Of a DNA stretch of 64,000 nucleotides, positions 1 to 8,833 are shown piece by piece. Numbering within the stretch: position 1 is the stretch's first letter; every line of letters begins with the position of its first letter. Made by a program: the position numbers and the translations under genes. The notes under the pieces were generated by a model, which made no database searches, was not told the origin of the DNA, and was given only the letters and a program-made list of their open reading frames with translations. This DNA is from Phycisphaerae bacterium (GTDB lineage: Bacteria > Planctomycetota > Phycisphaerae > UBA1845): positions 1,504,001-1,568,000 of the forward strand of contig CAXXGO010000001.1 of assembly GCA_963666835.2 (NCBI GenBank), read 5' to 3'.

Positions 1-2
1 TC

Positions 3-314
3 TGGCAAGCCAACCTGGACGAGGCCTTGCAGAAAGCCAATGCGGCCGTCGCCGAGGCACTCGAGGAAGCCGACGCGACAGTCCGGCAATACCAAAACTC
101 CGGCGGTGATCCTCCCGCCATCGCCGCGATAGGGCCTTTCATGCTCGGCAAGCCCCGCCACACCTTTGAGGTGCGCGTGGACGGCACGATCGAGGTCAAA
201 CTCCGTAAGGGAGACTCCGAGCTGATCCAGTTGTACAGCGACGAGGCTGACTTGGCCCAGCGAGCCCCCGAGCTCCATGAAAAATACACAGAGCTGATGT
301 CGGCGGGAGACTGA
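3..314 (+). CDS. 3' part of a hypothetical protein (runs off the window start)
   Basis: Frame is open from base 3 (WQANLDEALQKANAAV...) to TGA at 312-314; no recognisable domain. Confidence 0.7.
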   Translation, partial: WQANLDEALQKANAAVAEALEEADATVRQYQNSGGDPPAIAAIGPFMLGKPRHTFEVRVDGTIEVKLRKGDSELIQLYSDEADLAQRAPELHEKYTELMSAGD

Positions 315-594
315 TAATCTCGCCCGAAAACCTGGAACCCCTTCTTATAGCGCAGGACGGGCGCCGGTTGCTCCGGCGTCCGTCCGTTTTTCATCCGGCT
401 TGGACCGATATCGGCGTCGGTGACCGGACTTAGGCACTTCCAGCCCAACCCGATCCGCAAAAACCCCCAGACTTAACTTGCGTAGCACGAGTTTGTATTC
501 AACGGTGTAGGATGGAGCGCTTCGCGTCCATCCGCAACGTGCGTGCGCGTGGGGGTGGCTCGTCGGCTTCACAAGACAAGAAAGGAGTTACCGG

Positions 595-774
595 ATGATC
601 GCCATTGCACAGCGTGCCAGAGAGTTCTTGCGATCGGAAGACGGGCCTACCGCGGTAGAGTATGCGGTCCTTCTGGCCCTCATCCTCACCGCTGTAATCG
701 CCACAATGGCTGTATTCGGTGAGCGGGTCGACAACCTGTACAACACGATTAACGACTCGGTCGGCGAGAGTTAG
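595..774 (+). CDS. flp: Flp family type IVb pilin, 59 aa (below the ORF-track length cutoff)
   Basis: Translated by hand: MIAIAQRAREFLRSEDG|PTAVEYAVLLALILTAVIATMAVFGERVDNLYNTINDSVGES*. Flp G|xxxxEY motif plus hydrophobic helix; RBS AAAGGAG at 581-587; heads a tad locus. Confidence 0.95.
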   Translation: MIAIAQRAREFLRSEDGPTAVEYAVLLALILTAVIATMAVFGERVDNLYNTINDSVGES

Positions 775-1501
775 ATAAGCCCATGTCGAGAACCAGCCTT
801 CTTCTCAAACGATTGTTCCTGCAGCATTGCGGGGCTTGCCATCCCGTACGTACGGCCAGGCCGCCGCCGGCCTCGTTGACGGGGCAATAATCAGAGAGGG
901 GAATGCGTCCCGGATGGCGAGCTCGAGGCCGGCTCGCGGAGCCTCAAAAACCGCCGGTTCCACGTTGTCCTGCCACTTTCGCCACACCGCGGGGCCATTC
1001 TCCGGGGCTATTGTCGTCTGCCACCCGCGCATTCCATAGGCGGAGGGTGGAAAGCAACTGGAGGCCGATATTATGTCACCGCTTTGCACGTGCCGGAGTT
1101 GCCGGGTTATACACAAGAAGTCGTTTGCCCGGTCTGGGTTTGTTTCTTACATTCAAAAGGACGACGACGGTCGGGATACCGGAGTAGCCGCAGCCGGATT
1201 GCCGTATCGCAAGCCGTCCATCAGACTGCAGTACGCTCGGAGGATACCCTAAAACGTATCCGCAATTAGTGCCGAGGTGCCGTCAGTTGTTGTCCACAGG
1301 GCGGAAACGCAAGACTGCGGCGACTGAAGGATACCGCCAAGAAAGGCTCCCGCGAGCGAAAGGTGGCGGCATAACGCACCAGATGTTTCGCGCCGGAGTC
1401 TACTTGGTAGCCGGGGGGAAGATGCACGGTCGGCCCGGAATACGCCCCATCGGGGGGCGTAGCTGTTCGTCCGTTTCCGAGTTTAGTTCGGAGATAGTTC
1501 A

Positions 1502-2056
1502 ATGGAAAGCGGATTCTGGCAAGTGACCTGTGCTATTCTCGTCCCGGGAGTGCTGTGGGCATCTTGGATTGACTACGCGGAAAGACGCGTGCCCAACTAC
1601 CTGAACCTCGCCCTGATCATCGCCGGGTTCACCGTTCAGGCGATCTACTTCGGATGGTCCGGAATGGGCACCGGATTGCTCGGCCTGCTGACCGGCTTCG
1701 GGTTGTTGATCATCCCCTGGCTCATGCACGGGATGGGAGCCGGAGATGTCAAGCTGATGGCCGCAATCGGTGTCTGGCTCGGTCCGTTGTTGACCTTCTA
1801 CTCGTTTGCGCTGGGGGCGTGCCTCGGGGGAATCGCCGCAGTCATCATGATCCTCTCGACCGGACGCCTGCACTTGGCTTGCGCCAACATCGGGGTCATT
1901 CTGGCAAAATGCACGAACCGCAGCACCGTCTTTAGTGAGTTCGGTTCGGCCAAGAGCTTCGGGGACAGCTCGCAGTTGCTTCCCTACGGGGTGCCTCTTA
2001 CCGGGGGTACGCTCGTAATCTTGGCCGCCAAGATGTTCGGCTGGTGGGGAATCTGA
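1502..2056 (+). CDS. cpaA: Prepilin peptidase, A24 family (CpaA/TadV)
   Basis: WIDYAERRVPN, GMGAGDVKLMAAIG and LPYGVPL motifs; multi-TM; tad context. Confidence 0.93.
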   Translation: MESGFWQVTCAILVPGVLWASWIDYAERRVPNYLNLALIIAGFTVQAIYFGWSGMGTGLLGLLTGFGLLIIPWLMHGMGAGDVKLMAAIGVWLGPLLTFYSFALGACLGGIAAVIMILSTGRLHLACANIGVILAKCTNRSTVFSEFGSAKSFGDSSQLLPYGVPLTGGTLVILAAKMFGWWGI

Positions 2057-2058
2057 TC

Positions 2059-2493
2059 ATGAGTATCCGCAAGCGACGTCGCGTCCGCAGGCCCGATCAG
2101 CACCGGGCCAGAGCCGGGGCAATCGTGGAATTCGCAGTGGTTCTGCCGCTGCTGTTGACCATCCTGTTCGGGATCATCGAGTACGGCTACGTGTTCATGG
2201 TGCGGCAGACGCTCCAGCACGCCGCTCGGGAAGGTGGGCGCTTGGCGTCCTTGCAGACCTCCGAGTATCCGTACACGAATGTCACGGACCGGATAGCTAC
2301 CATCATGGCTCCGACGCGGGTTACGTCGTACACCGCCACCGTAACCCAACCGGCCGATTGCGAGGAGATGGTCACTGTTACGGTCCCGTACGACGACATC
2401 TCCCTGGTGGGCGGCTTCTTCGGCACCCACGGCTACGACCTGACCGGTAGCTGTACGATGCGCAAGGAGGGCTGCACCACGGAGGATGACTGA
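2059..2493 (+). CDS. tadE: TadE/TadG family pseudopilin
   Basis: AGAIVEFAVVLPLLLTILFGIIEYG...AAREGGR; ATG at 2059 directly after the peptidase stop. Confidence 0.92.
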   Translation: MSIRKRRRVRRPDQHRARAGAIVEFAVVLPLLLTILFGIIEYGYVFMVRQTLQHAAREGGRLASLQTSEYPYTNVTDRIATIMAPTRVTSYTATVTQPADCEEMVTVTVPYDDISLVGGFFGTHGYDLTGSCTMRKEGCTTEDD

Positions 2494-2594
2494 TTGAGCA
2501 TCCGCCGCACAAGCGGCTCCCAGGCCGCCTGAAACGAGGCGCTACGTGATGGCCGGACGAAATCATCCGGGCAGACGTCTGCCTGACGGACTGA

Positions 2595-2640
2595 CCGTGT
2601 CCCGCCCGGAACAGATAAGCTGTTCTGTTGCGGGACACGG
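2595..2640 (+). terminator. Strong hairpin after tadE (terminator or processing stem)
   Basis: CCGTGTCCCGC...GCGGGACACGG 11-bp stem plus inner GAACAG/CTGTTC; only a weak U-tract. Confidence 0.4.
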
Positions 2641-2844
2641 CAGTTTGCATCCCCAGGGCCTACTCCCGAGGCCAATAATTTTTCGATGTCGTAGGTCCGA
2701 TGACGCCCGAATCCTTCCGATAAGCGCCCAAGTGGAACCGTGGGTGGCCGGGCAGGTACACCGGTGTGCAGAACCCGCAAAGGGGAAGTCATACGCCGCA
2801 GGGCCTGCCGTAGTGAAGACCCGAGATAACGAACAGGACTCACT

Positions 2845-3966
2845 ATGAACACGAAGGCAATCATTCCGTTGGTCCTCGGTCTCTGTGTCGGTCTCGTAGC
2901 CGTCAAGTACCTGGTGGATACGCTGAAGAAGGCGCGCGGCTCGACTGCCGCCCCAACGTCCACTTTCGTCCGAACGACGCAGGACATCGATAGCTTCCAG
3001 AAGATCACTCCGGAGTTACTCGAGCTCGTGGAGACGACGGACGTTTCTCTGATTCCGTCCAATGAGCGCATCACGAGCATCGACGAGGTCAAAGACCGCG
3101 TGGCCGCAAAGGACATTCCGCAGAACTCCTTGATCGTCCTTTCAATGCTCGCCCCAGAGGGCACCGAGGCCGGCATGAAGGGGCAGATCCCCCCGGGCTA
3201 CCGTGCCGTGTCGGTCAAGATCGACGAGGTAACCGGTGTAGCGTATCAGCTTAAGCCCGGCGATTGGGTGGACGTCATCGTCGTGATGAGCGTGGATACC
3301 GGCCGAAGGAAAAAGGAAACCGTTGCGGAGGTTATCCTCCAGCACGTCGAGGTACTGGCAATCGGGCAGACTACCACGGGACCGACCGGCGAGACCGGTA
3401 AGAGCAAGGCCAAGCCGGCCAAGTCCGCAACCCTGCTTGTACCGGAGGATGACGCGCCCAAGCTGCACCTGGCGGCTACCCGCGGACGAGTGACCTTGGC
3501 GATGCGTGGAGCCGACTCCCTTACCACCGAGGTACCGGCCGTGGCCCGCGAGAGCGAGGATTTCTACAACCCGACCGCCGCGAGTTCGGAAGAAGAGACC
3601 GCCTCTACCGATTCGGGTACTTCATCCGGTCCGGCCGGCTTCCTGGGTACCTTTGTCGCGTTTGCGGCGACTCCGCCCCAGACTGTGCCGGAGCCCGAAC
3701 CCGAGCCCGAGCCACCTCATGGGCTGACAATCTACCGCGGCTTGCCCAACGTCGGCGAGCCCAAGGTAGAACAGGTCGTTTTCGCCAACGGCGCCTCGCG
3801 CACCGTCGTCGGAGTGTCCAGCGGTCCGGTCGCTCGGGCCGTCGCCTCAAAAGACAACAGAGCGGAACGCAAACCGCGTCCGCAAAGGCGTTCCGATCAG
3901 ACGGAACCCGTAAAACCAGACGAGCCGGATACGGACTTTGACTACCAGCCCGAGGAGGTTGAATAA
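2845..3966 (+). CDS. cpaB: Flp pilus assembly protein CpaB (SAF + RcpC domains, low-complexity C-tail)
   Basis: GYRAVSVKIDEVTGVAYQLKPGDWVDVIV...ILQHVEVLAIGQ...ATLLV...LAMR. Confidence 0.93.
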   Translation: MNTKAIIPLVLGLCVGLVAVKYLVDTLKKARGSTAAPTSTFVRTTQDIDSFQKITPELLELVETTDVSLIPSNERITSIDEVKDRVAAKDIPQNSLIVLSMLAPEGTEAGMKGQIPPGYRAVSVKIDEVTGVAYQLKPGDWVDVIVVMSVDTGRRKKETVAEVILQHVEVLAIGQTTTGPTGETGKSKAKPAKSATLLVPEDDAPKLHLAATRGRVTLAMRGADSLTTEVPAVARESEDFYNPTAASSEEETASTDSGTSSGPAGFLGTFVAFAATPPQTVPEPEPEPEPPHGLTIYRGLPNVGEPKVEQVVFANGASRTVVGVSSGPVARAVASKDNRAERKPRPQRRSDQTEPVKPDEPDTDFDYQPEEVE

Positions 3967-5564
3967 TGTCCCAGGGTGTCACGGCAGGCCAAGCGAGCCA
4001 TGCCCGTATCAACAGTACACTTGGTCGAGCGCGCTGCTGCCGGGTGTTAGTACTCGCCTCGTGCGTATGTTGGGCCTCTTTGGCCGCCGCCCAAACGGGT
4101 GCAGCGGAAAAGCCCTTTCGGGTGAACGTGCTCGACATGTCGGACGACTCCCGCGAGGTTGCCGTCCCTCTCAATCGTAGCGTGGTCATCGAGACGTCCG
4201 TAAAAGTCGCCCGGGCCGACGTTGTCGCCAGCCACATCGCTGATGTGCGCGCGGTGAGCCCGACCCAATTGCTCGTCACCGGAAAGAGCTACGGCCATTC
4301 CAACGTGATTCTCTGGGATGACGCAGACAAACAATATCTGCTCAACGTCAATGTCGAGCTGGATCTGGAGCGTCTCAACAAGGCGATCCGTGGAATCGAT
4401 CCGCGCTCGACCGCCGTAGCACGGTCGCTGCTGGGCAATATCGTTTTGTCCGGTGCGGTATCGAGCACCGAGCGGGCCGAACGAATGGTCCAGGTAGCCG
4501 AGTTGTTCCTCCCTCCAGAGGGCGCCGGTGCCAGTGCGACCGTCCGTAATCACCTCGATGTCGCCGGTGAGCAGCAGGTTCTCCTGCGTTGCGTCGTAGC
4601 GGAAATGAGCCGCCGAGCTCTGCGTACCCTCGGTATCAACGGCTTCCTGGCCGGCGAAAACTTCCGTGACGGATTCCTGGTGAACCAGCTCGGCGGAATC
4701 AACCCGATAAACATCGGAGCCGCCGCCGACTCCCTGGTAACCAACAACATCCCGTTTCTAACGGGCGAGGACGGCATTCCCCTGGGCACGGCGTCGACCT
4801 TGTCTCTGGGTTTTCCGCGCGCCCAGACGCAGTTGTTCATCCAAGCTATGGCGGAGAACGGACTCTCCAGCATCCTCGCGGAGCCGAACTTGGTGGCTAT
4901 CTCCGGGGAAACCGCGAGCTTCCTGGCCGGCGGGGAGTTCCCGATCCCGGTACCGCAGGGTAATCAACAGATCACGATCGAGTTCCGCGAGTTCGGCATT
5001 CGCCTGAATTTTACGCCCGTGGTACTGGGACAGCAGCGGATCAGGCTGCGGGTGGCACCGGAGGTCTCGGAGCTGGACTACACCACCGCAGTCCAGGTTG
5101 AAGGGTATGTCGTGCCGGGTCTTACCGCCCGATCCACGGAGACCACTGTAGAGATAGGCAGCGGTCAGACGATTGCGGTTGCCGGATTGCTCAGTGAGCA
5201 GGTCCGTGGAATAGCGAGTCGGGTCCCGGGAATCGGCGATGTGCCGGTAATCGGCGCTCTGTTTCGCTCGGTAGATTTCCAGCGCTCGGTGACGGAGCTT
5301 GTCATTATGGTCACTCCGGAGCTGGTCGCCCCGCTCGAGCCGCATCAGCTAACGCCGTTGCCGGGTGAGGATCGGATGGACCCGAACGACTTCGAACTGT
5401 ATATGCTCGGTCTGCTGGAAGGCACTCAGCAAGCCGACGCGCTCTACTCGCCCGAAGGCGGACCGGACGCCGAACCGGTGTCCCCCGCAGTCCGCACGGA
5501 GCCGGACGAGCTTTCCATACACGGCCCTTGGGGGTATGCCGGAGCAGTCAGTATGCGGCACTAG
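3966..5564 (+). CDS. cpaC: Tad secretin CpaC/RcpA
   Basis: N-terminal pilus domain (VAVPLNRSVVI...LLVTGKSYGHSNVILWD) and secretin core LAEPNLVAISGETASFLAGGEFPIP...VPGIGDVPVIGALFRS. Confidence 0.95.
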   Translation: MSQGVTAGQASHARINSTLGRARCCRVLVLASCVCWASLAAAQTGAAEKPFRVNVLDMSDDSREVAVPLNRSVVIETSVKVARADVVASHIADVRAVSPTQLLVTGKSYGHSNVILWDDADKQYLLNVNVELDLERLNKAIRGIDPRSTAVARSLLGNIVLSGAVSSTERAERMVQVAELFLPPEGAGASATVRNHLDVAGEQQVLLRCVVAEMSRRALRTLGINGFLAGENFRDGFLVNQLGGINPINIGAAADSLVTNNIPFLTGEDGIPLGTASTLSLGFPRAQTQLFIQAMAENGLSSILAEPNLVAISGETASFLAGGEFPIPVPQGNQQITIEFREFGIRLNFTPVVLGQQRIRLRVAPEVSELDYTTAVQVEGYVVPGLTARSTETTVEIGSGQTIAVAGLLSEQVRGIASRVPGIGDVPVIGALFRSVDFQRSVTELVIMVTPELVAPLEPHQLTPLPGEDRMDPNDFELYMLGLLEGTQQADALYSPEGGPDAEPVSPAVRTEPDELSIHGPWGYAGAVSMRH

Positions 5565-5669
5565 AGAAAAACGCCGCACCCATCAAATCGCCCTTCCAGG
5601 AGGCGAGCGTCGTTAGGTGACTCGGAAACGAGTCGAGAACGTTTGACCACCTGCTGAAGGGGAAAGAAC

Positions 5670-7547
5670 ATGTTGACCAAGTATCTTAGGCGGTCTCCGC
5701 TGCGCAGAAAGCGGGCGGTGGTCGCTGCACAAGTCGCCGCCTGCCTGGTGGCGATGGTTGGCTTCGCTGCGCTCACCGTTGACGTGGGGGCAATATACAA
5801 CGCGAAAGCCGACCTCCAACGTACCGCAGATGCCGCCGCCCTAGCCGCCGCCGGCCAACTTGCGGAATATGGAAGTGGCGATCCCATACCACTCGCCACC
5901 GCGGCAGCACTGAACATCACCCACGAGAACCGGGTTCTGGGCCAGACCGTAACGATGAATCTGGAAACGGACCTCGTCTTCGGTCGGGCGTCGTTCAACA
6001 ATGCGGCCAACGAGTACAACTTCGTTGCGACTACGTCGATGCCCAACGCGGTCAAGGTCCGGGTCCGCAAAACTGCAGACTCGCCCAACGATTCGCTGGT
6101 CCTCTACTTTGCGCGCGTCTTCGGGGTCGCCAGTACGGACATCGCCGCCGAAGCAATGGCCGTTATGGTCCCCAGAGATATCTCCATCGTAGCGGATCTC
6201 TCTGCCTCGCACACGGACGACAGCGAGCTGTGTCATTACCAACTGACGGATATTAACCTTCTGGATGTGTGGGCCGGGCTCCCAATTCCGAAGGGTAACA
6301 ACGGAGTAGGTAACGGCATCGACCCGCCCCCTCCGGGAGACCCGGATAACCCCAATGACGATATCGGAACCGGCCCCGGCCACCCCGGCAATCAGGGCGG
6401 TAACCCGGATCCCGGGGCAAGTCCGCTGGGCGGGCAGATCGGTCCGACTTGGGGCTGGATGTACTATTGGGGCAACAACCTGGACGGAGACTTCGACCCC
6501 GCCGTTGATCCCGGTCTGATGCACTTCCCGAGATCCCAGGATTGGACCAACGACGATCTGGTCACTTGGTACCAGCAGGTGGGCTACTCCGCCGACGAGA
6601 TCAACGCTCTTCTGAGCGCTGAGTTCGACGACGCCTCGAGCTCATCTACAGACGCGTGGTCGTGCCGCGTGGCCGTTGCCCTGGGACTCGCCCGGTGGGA
6701 CAGCGGAATACCAGGCGGACTCTGGGAGTCTCTCCCGCCCGGGCTAGCCAACAACGGCAACGGCAACAACTGGGTCGGATCGAGTGAACTTACCTGGTTG
6801 GTCGACTATCCCTTTGATTCGGGCTCGTGGCAAGACTACATCTACAACTATGTCGGCAGCACATCAACGACCATGTACAGCGCCAACAGCGACTTCCGAT
6901 ATCGCTTTGGGCTCAAGACGTTCGTCAATTACGTCCTGGAAAGACGGGTCTCACACAGCCAGACCCCGGAACTCGCGGACACGCCCACACAGCCCATGCA
7001 GGCTGTCAAAGATGCCGTCGATTTCATGGTCACCATGATTGACGGTCTCGATTCGGACGACCAGCTCTCGCTGGAGATCTACGGCCGCACCGCGCATCAC
7101 GAAGTCGATCTCACCCAGGACTACCAGGCGGTCTCCGATCGGCTGCTCGAGATGCAGGCCGGGCACTACGATTCCTGGACGAACATGGGAGGCGGATTGG
7201 AAAGAGCCGTCGAAGAACTGTCGAGCTCCCGGGCGCGTGCATTATCGCACAAGGTCGTCATTCTGTTGACCGATGGTAACGCCAACACCGACGCCTTTGG
7301 GAACTACAGCATGCAGGGTGCAACGCAGTACGCTTTGGAGCAGGCGGAAGCGGCCGCGGCCATCGGAGCGCGGATCTTCGCCGTCAGCGTCGGAGCGGAT
7401 GCGAATCAGAGCATCATGCAGCAGATCGCCGAGATCGGCGACGGGGAACATTTTCACGCGGAAGGTTCGATCGAGGAGTATAGCCAACAGCTTACGGACA
7501 TCTTCCAGCGTCTCGGCTCCAAGAGGCCGGTCGAGTTGATCCAATAA
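5670..7547 (+). CDS. TadG-like pilus-associated protein with split VWA domain (paralog 1)
   Basis: N-terminal Tad motif (AALTVDVGAIYNAKADLQRTADAAALAAA); MIDAS DLSAS; later TNMGGGL and VILLTDG. Confidence 0.88.
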   Translation: MLTKYLRRSPLRRKRAVVAAQVAACLVAMVGFAALTVDVGAIYNAKADLQRTADAAALAAAGQLAEYGSGDPIPLATAAALNITHENRVLGQTVTMNLETDLVFGRASFNNAANEYNFVATTSMPNAVKVRVRKTADSPNDSLVLYFARVFGVASTDIAAEAMAVMVPRDISIVADLSASHTDDSELCHYQLTDINLLDVWAGLPIPKGNNGVGNGIDPPPPGDPDNPNDDIGTGPGHPGNQGGNPDPGASPLGGQIGPTWGWMYYWGNNLDGDFDPAVDPGLMHFPRSQDWTNDDLVTWYQQVGYSADEINALLSAEFDDASSSSTDAWSCRVAVALGLARWDSGIPGGLWESLPPGLANNGNGNNWVGSSELTWLVDYPFDSGSWQDYIYNYVGSTSTTMYSANSDFRYRFGLKTFVNYVLERRVSHSQTPELADTPTQPMQAVKDAVDFMVTMIDGLDSDDQLSLEIYGRTAHHEVDLTQDYQAVSDRLLEMQAGHYDSWTNMGGGLERAVEELSSSRARALSHKVVILLTDGNANTDAFGNYSMQGATQYALEQAEAAAAIGARIFAVSVGADANQSIMQQIAEIGDGEHFHAEGSIEEYSQQLTDIFQRLGSKRPVELIQ

Positions 7548-7632
7548 TATCGCAGGACGTCGTGGCCGATCGCCGCTGATCGGTCCGCTTTTCACCGTCC
7601 GAGAAGCCGGCTGCCCTTACCGAGGTGCCCTT

Positions 7633-7665
7633 ATCGTGCCGGTGCGAGAATCGCACCGGCACGAT
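7633..7665. terminator. Hairpin between convergent genes (likely bidirectional terminator)
   Basis: Perfect 15-bp stem ATCGTGCCGGTGCGA-GAA-TCGCACCGGCACGAT. Confidence 0.7.
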
Positions 7666-7679
7666 TCTGTTATCGGGGA

Positions 7680-8129
7680 CTACTTGTCCAGGTGATCGAT
7701 GTCGTTTACCCAGACGCCCCCTGATGCGGCGTGATAGAGCCAGCCCACCGTGGCAGCGCCGCTAACAACGGTCGGCGGGTTAGCATTTGCAGCAGCCCAT
7801 CCCGTCGCCCCCGTGCGAGGGCCGATCGGACACGGAGGAATCTCGCGTAGATACGGGCCGAACTTGTAGGTGGCCGACGGATTACTGGACATAGCTCCGC
7901 TGATGGACGTGTACTTCGCTATAGCTGTCAAAGCGCCCGGGTAGTTCCCCTCGTGTTCGGCAGCATATACGTCAAGAGCGGTTCGCATGGCAGCTAAGTC
8001 GCCCTCCAACGCAGCCAGCCTCGCACCCTTCGCCGCTTGGGAAATGCGTGGTACCGCGATCGCCGCGATCGTCCCGATGATCACAACCACGATTACCAAT
8101 TCAACGAGGCTGAATCCACGCGTCTTAAT
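7680..8129 (-). CDS. Type IV pilin / T2SS pseudopilin (GspG-like, N-methylation domain); apparent ATT start codon
   Basis: Upstream of the TTG at 8099 the frame reads ATT-K-T-R-G|F-S-L-V-E-L-V-I-V-V-V-I-I-G...AIAVP, with GGAG 7 nt upstream of the ATT; also ALDVYAAEHEGNYP and GPYLREIP. Confidence 0.85.
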   Translation of the reverse strand: MKTRGFSLVELVIVVVIIGTIAAIAVPRISQAAKGARLAALEGDLAAMRTALDVYAAEHEGNYPGALTAIAKYTSISGAMSSNPSATYKFGPYLREIPPCPIGPRTGATGWAAANANPPTVVSGAATVGWLYHAASGGVWVNDIDHLDK

Positions 8130-8833
8130 AAGACGTCTCCAGGGTATAAGTGGGCGCCAGCTACCGGGTGAACAAACTCCGCGGATTGAATATCGGTTGC
8201 GAGAAGCACGGCCAATACCTCGGCGACAACCGTACGCCGAGTAAGAACCCCGCGTGCCTCGATTATCAGGCTAAAGCCCGCCGGAATGCCGCAAGACCGT
8301 CAAGCAACCGCCCAAGGTCAACCGCGCCTCGCGATGTGCTCGACACCTGCTGGCAACCCCAACGTCCGAGAATCCACAGAAACGCTCCGGTACGCAGTTT
8401 TCTTCGTTCGGCATTGGCCTGCGTTGCTCTTTGTATTGTACGTTGAACGTAGCCTATTACTAGGATTGCGCACGGTGCCGCAATGCGGCAGAAAGGGGAG
8501 GGGCCGTAGGCAAAGCAGCTCCTGTAGATTTCGATCGTCAGGGACACCGTTCAGGATCATGATTCTCTCGTGTAGGACCCCATTGGGGGATTACACCTCC
8601 ACCGACTCCAACGCCCGAATCGGGTATGGAGAGGGACTTGGGTTAATACGAGAGAATCTCTTTAGACTCGGCACACCCCATGCATTTGGCGGTGTGTTGC
8701 TGAACGGTTCCGGTCGATAATCGCGGTGTATGCCCGCTCCTCTGTGTATATTAACCAAGCCTCTACCGGGAAACCGGTTCGGGCTTAACTTTGGCTTATT
8801 AGGGTGCCCTCGGGCACGTTGGGGGGAGCAGAC

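Noticed and set aside
1290..1380. c-di-GMP-I riboswitch (GGAAACGCAAGAC resembles GGGACGCAAAGC)
   Set aside because: The upstream GGCAAA..GAAA P2 element is missing; kept only as an unclassified structured leader
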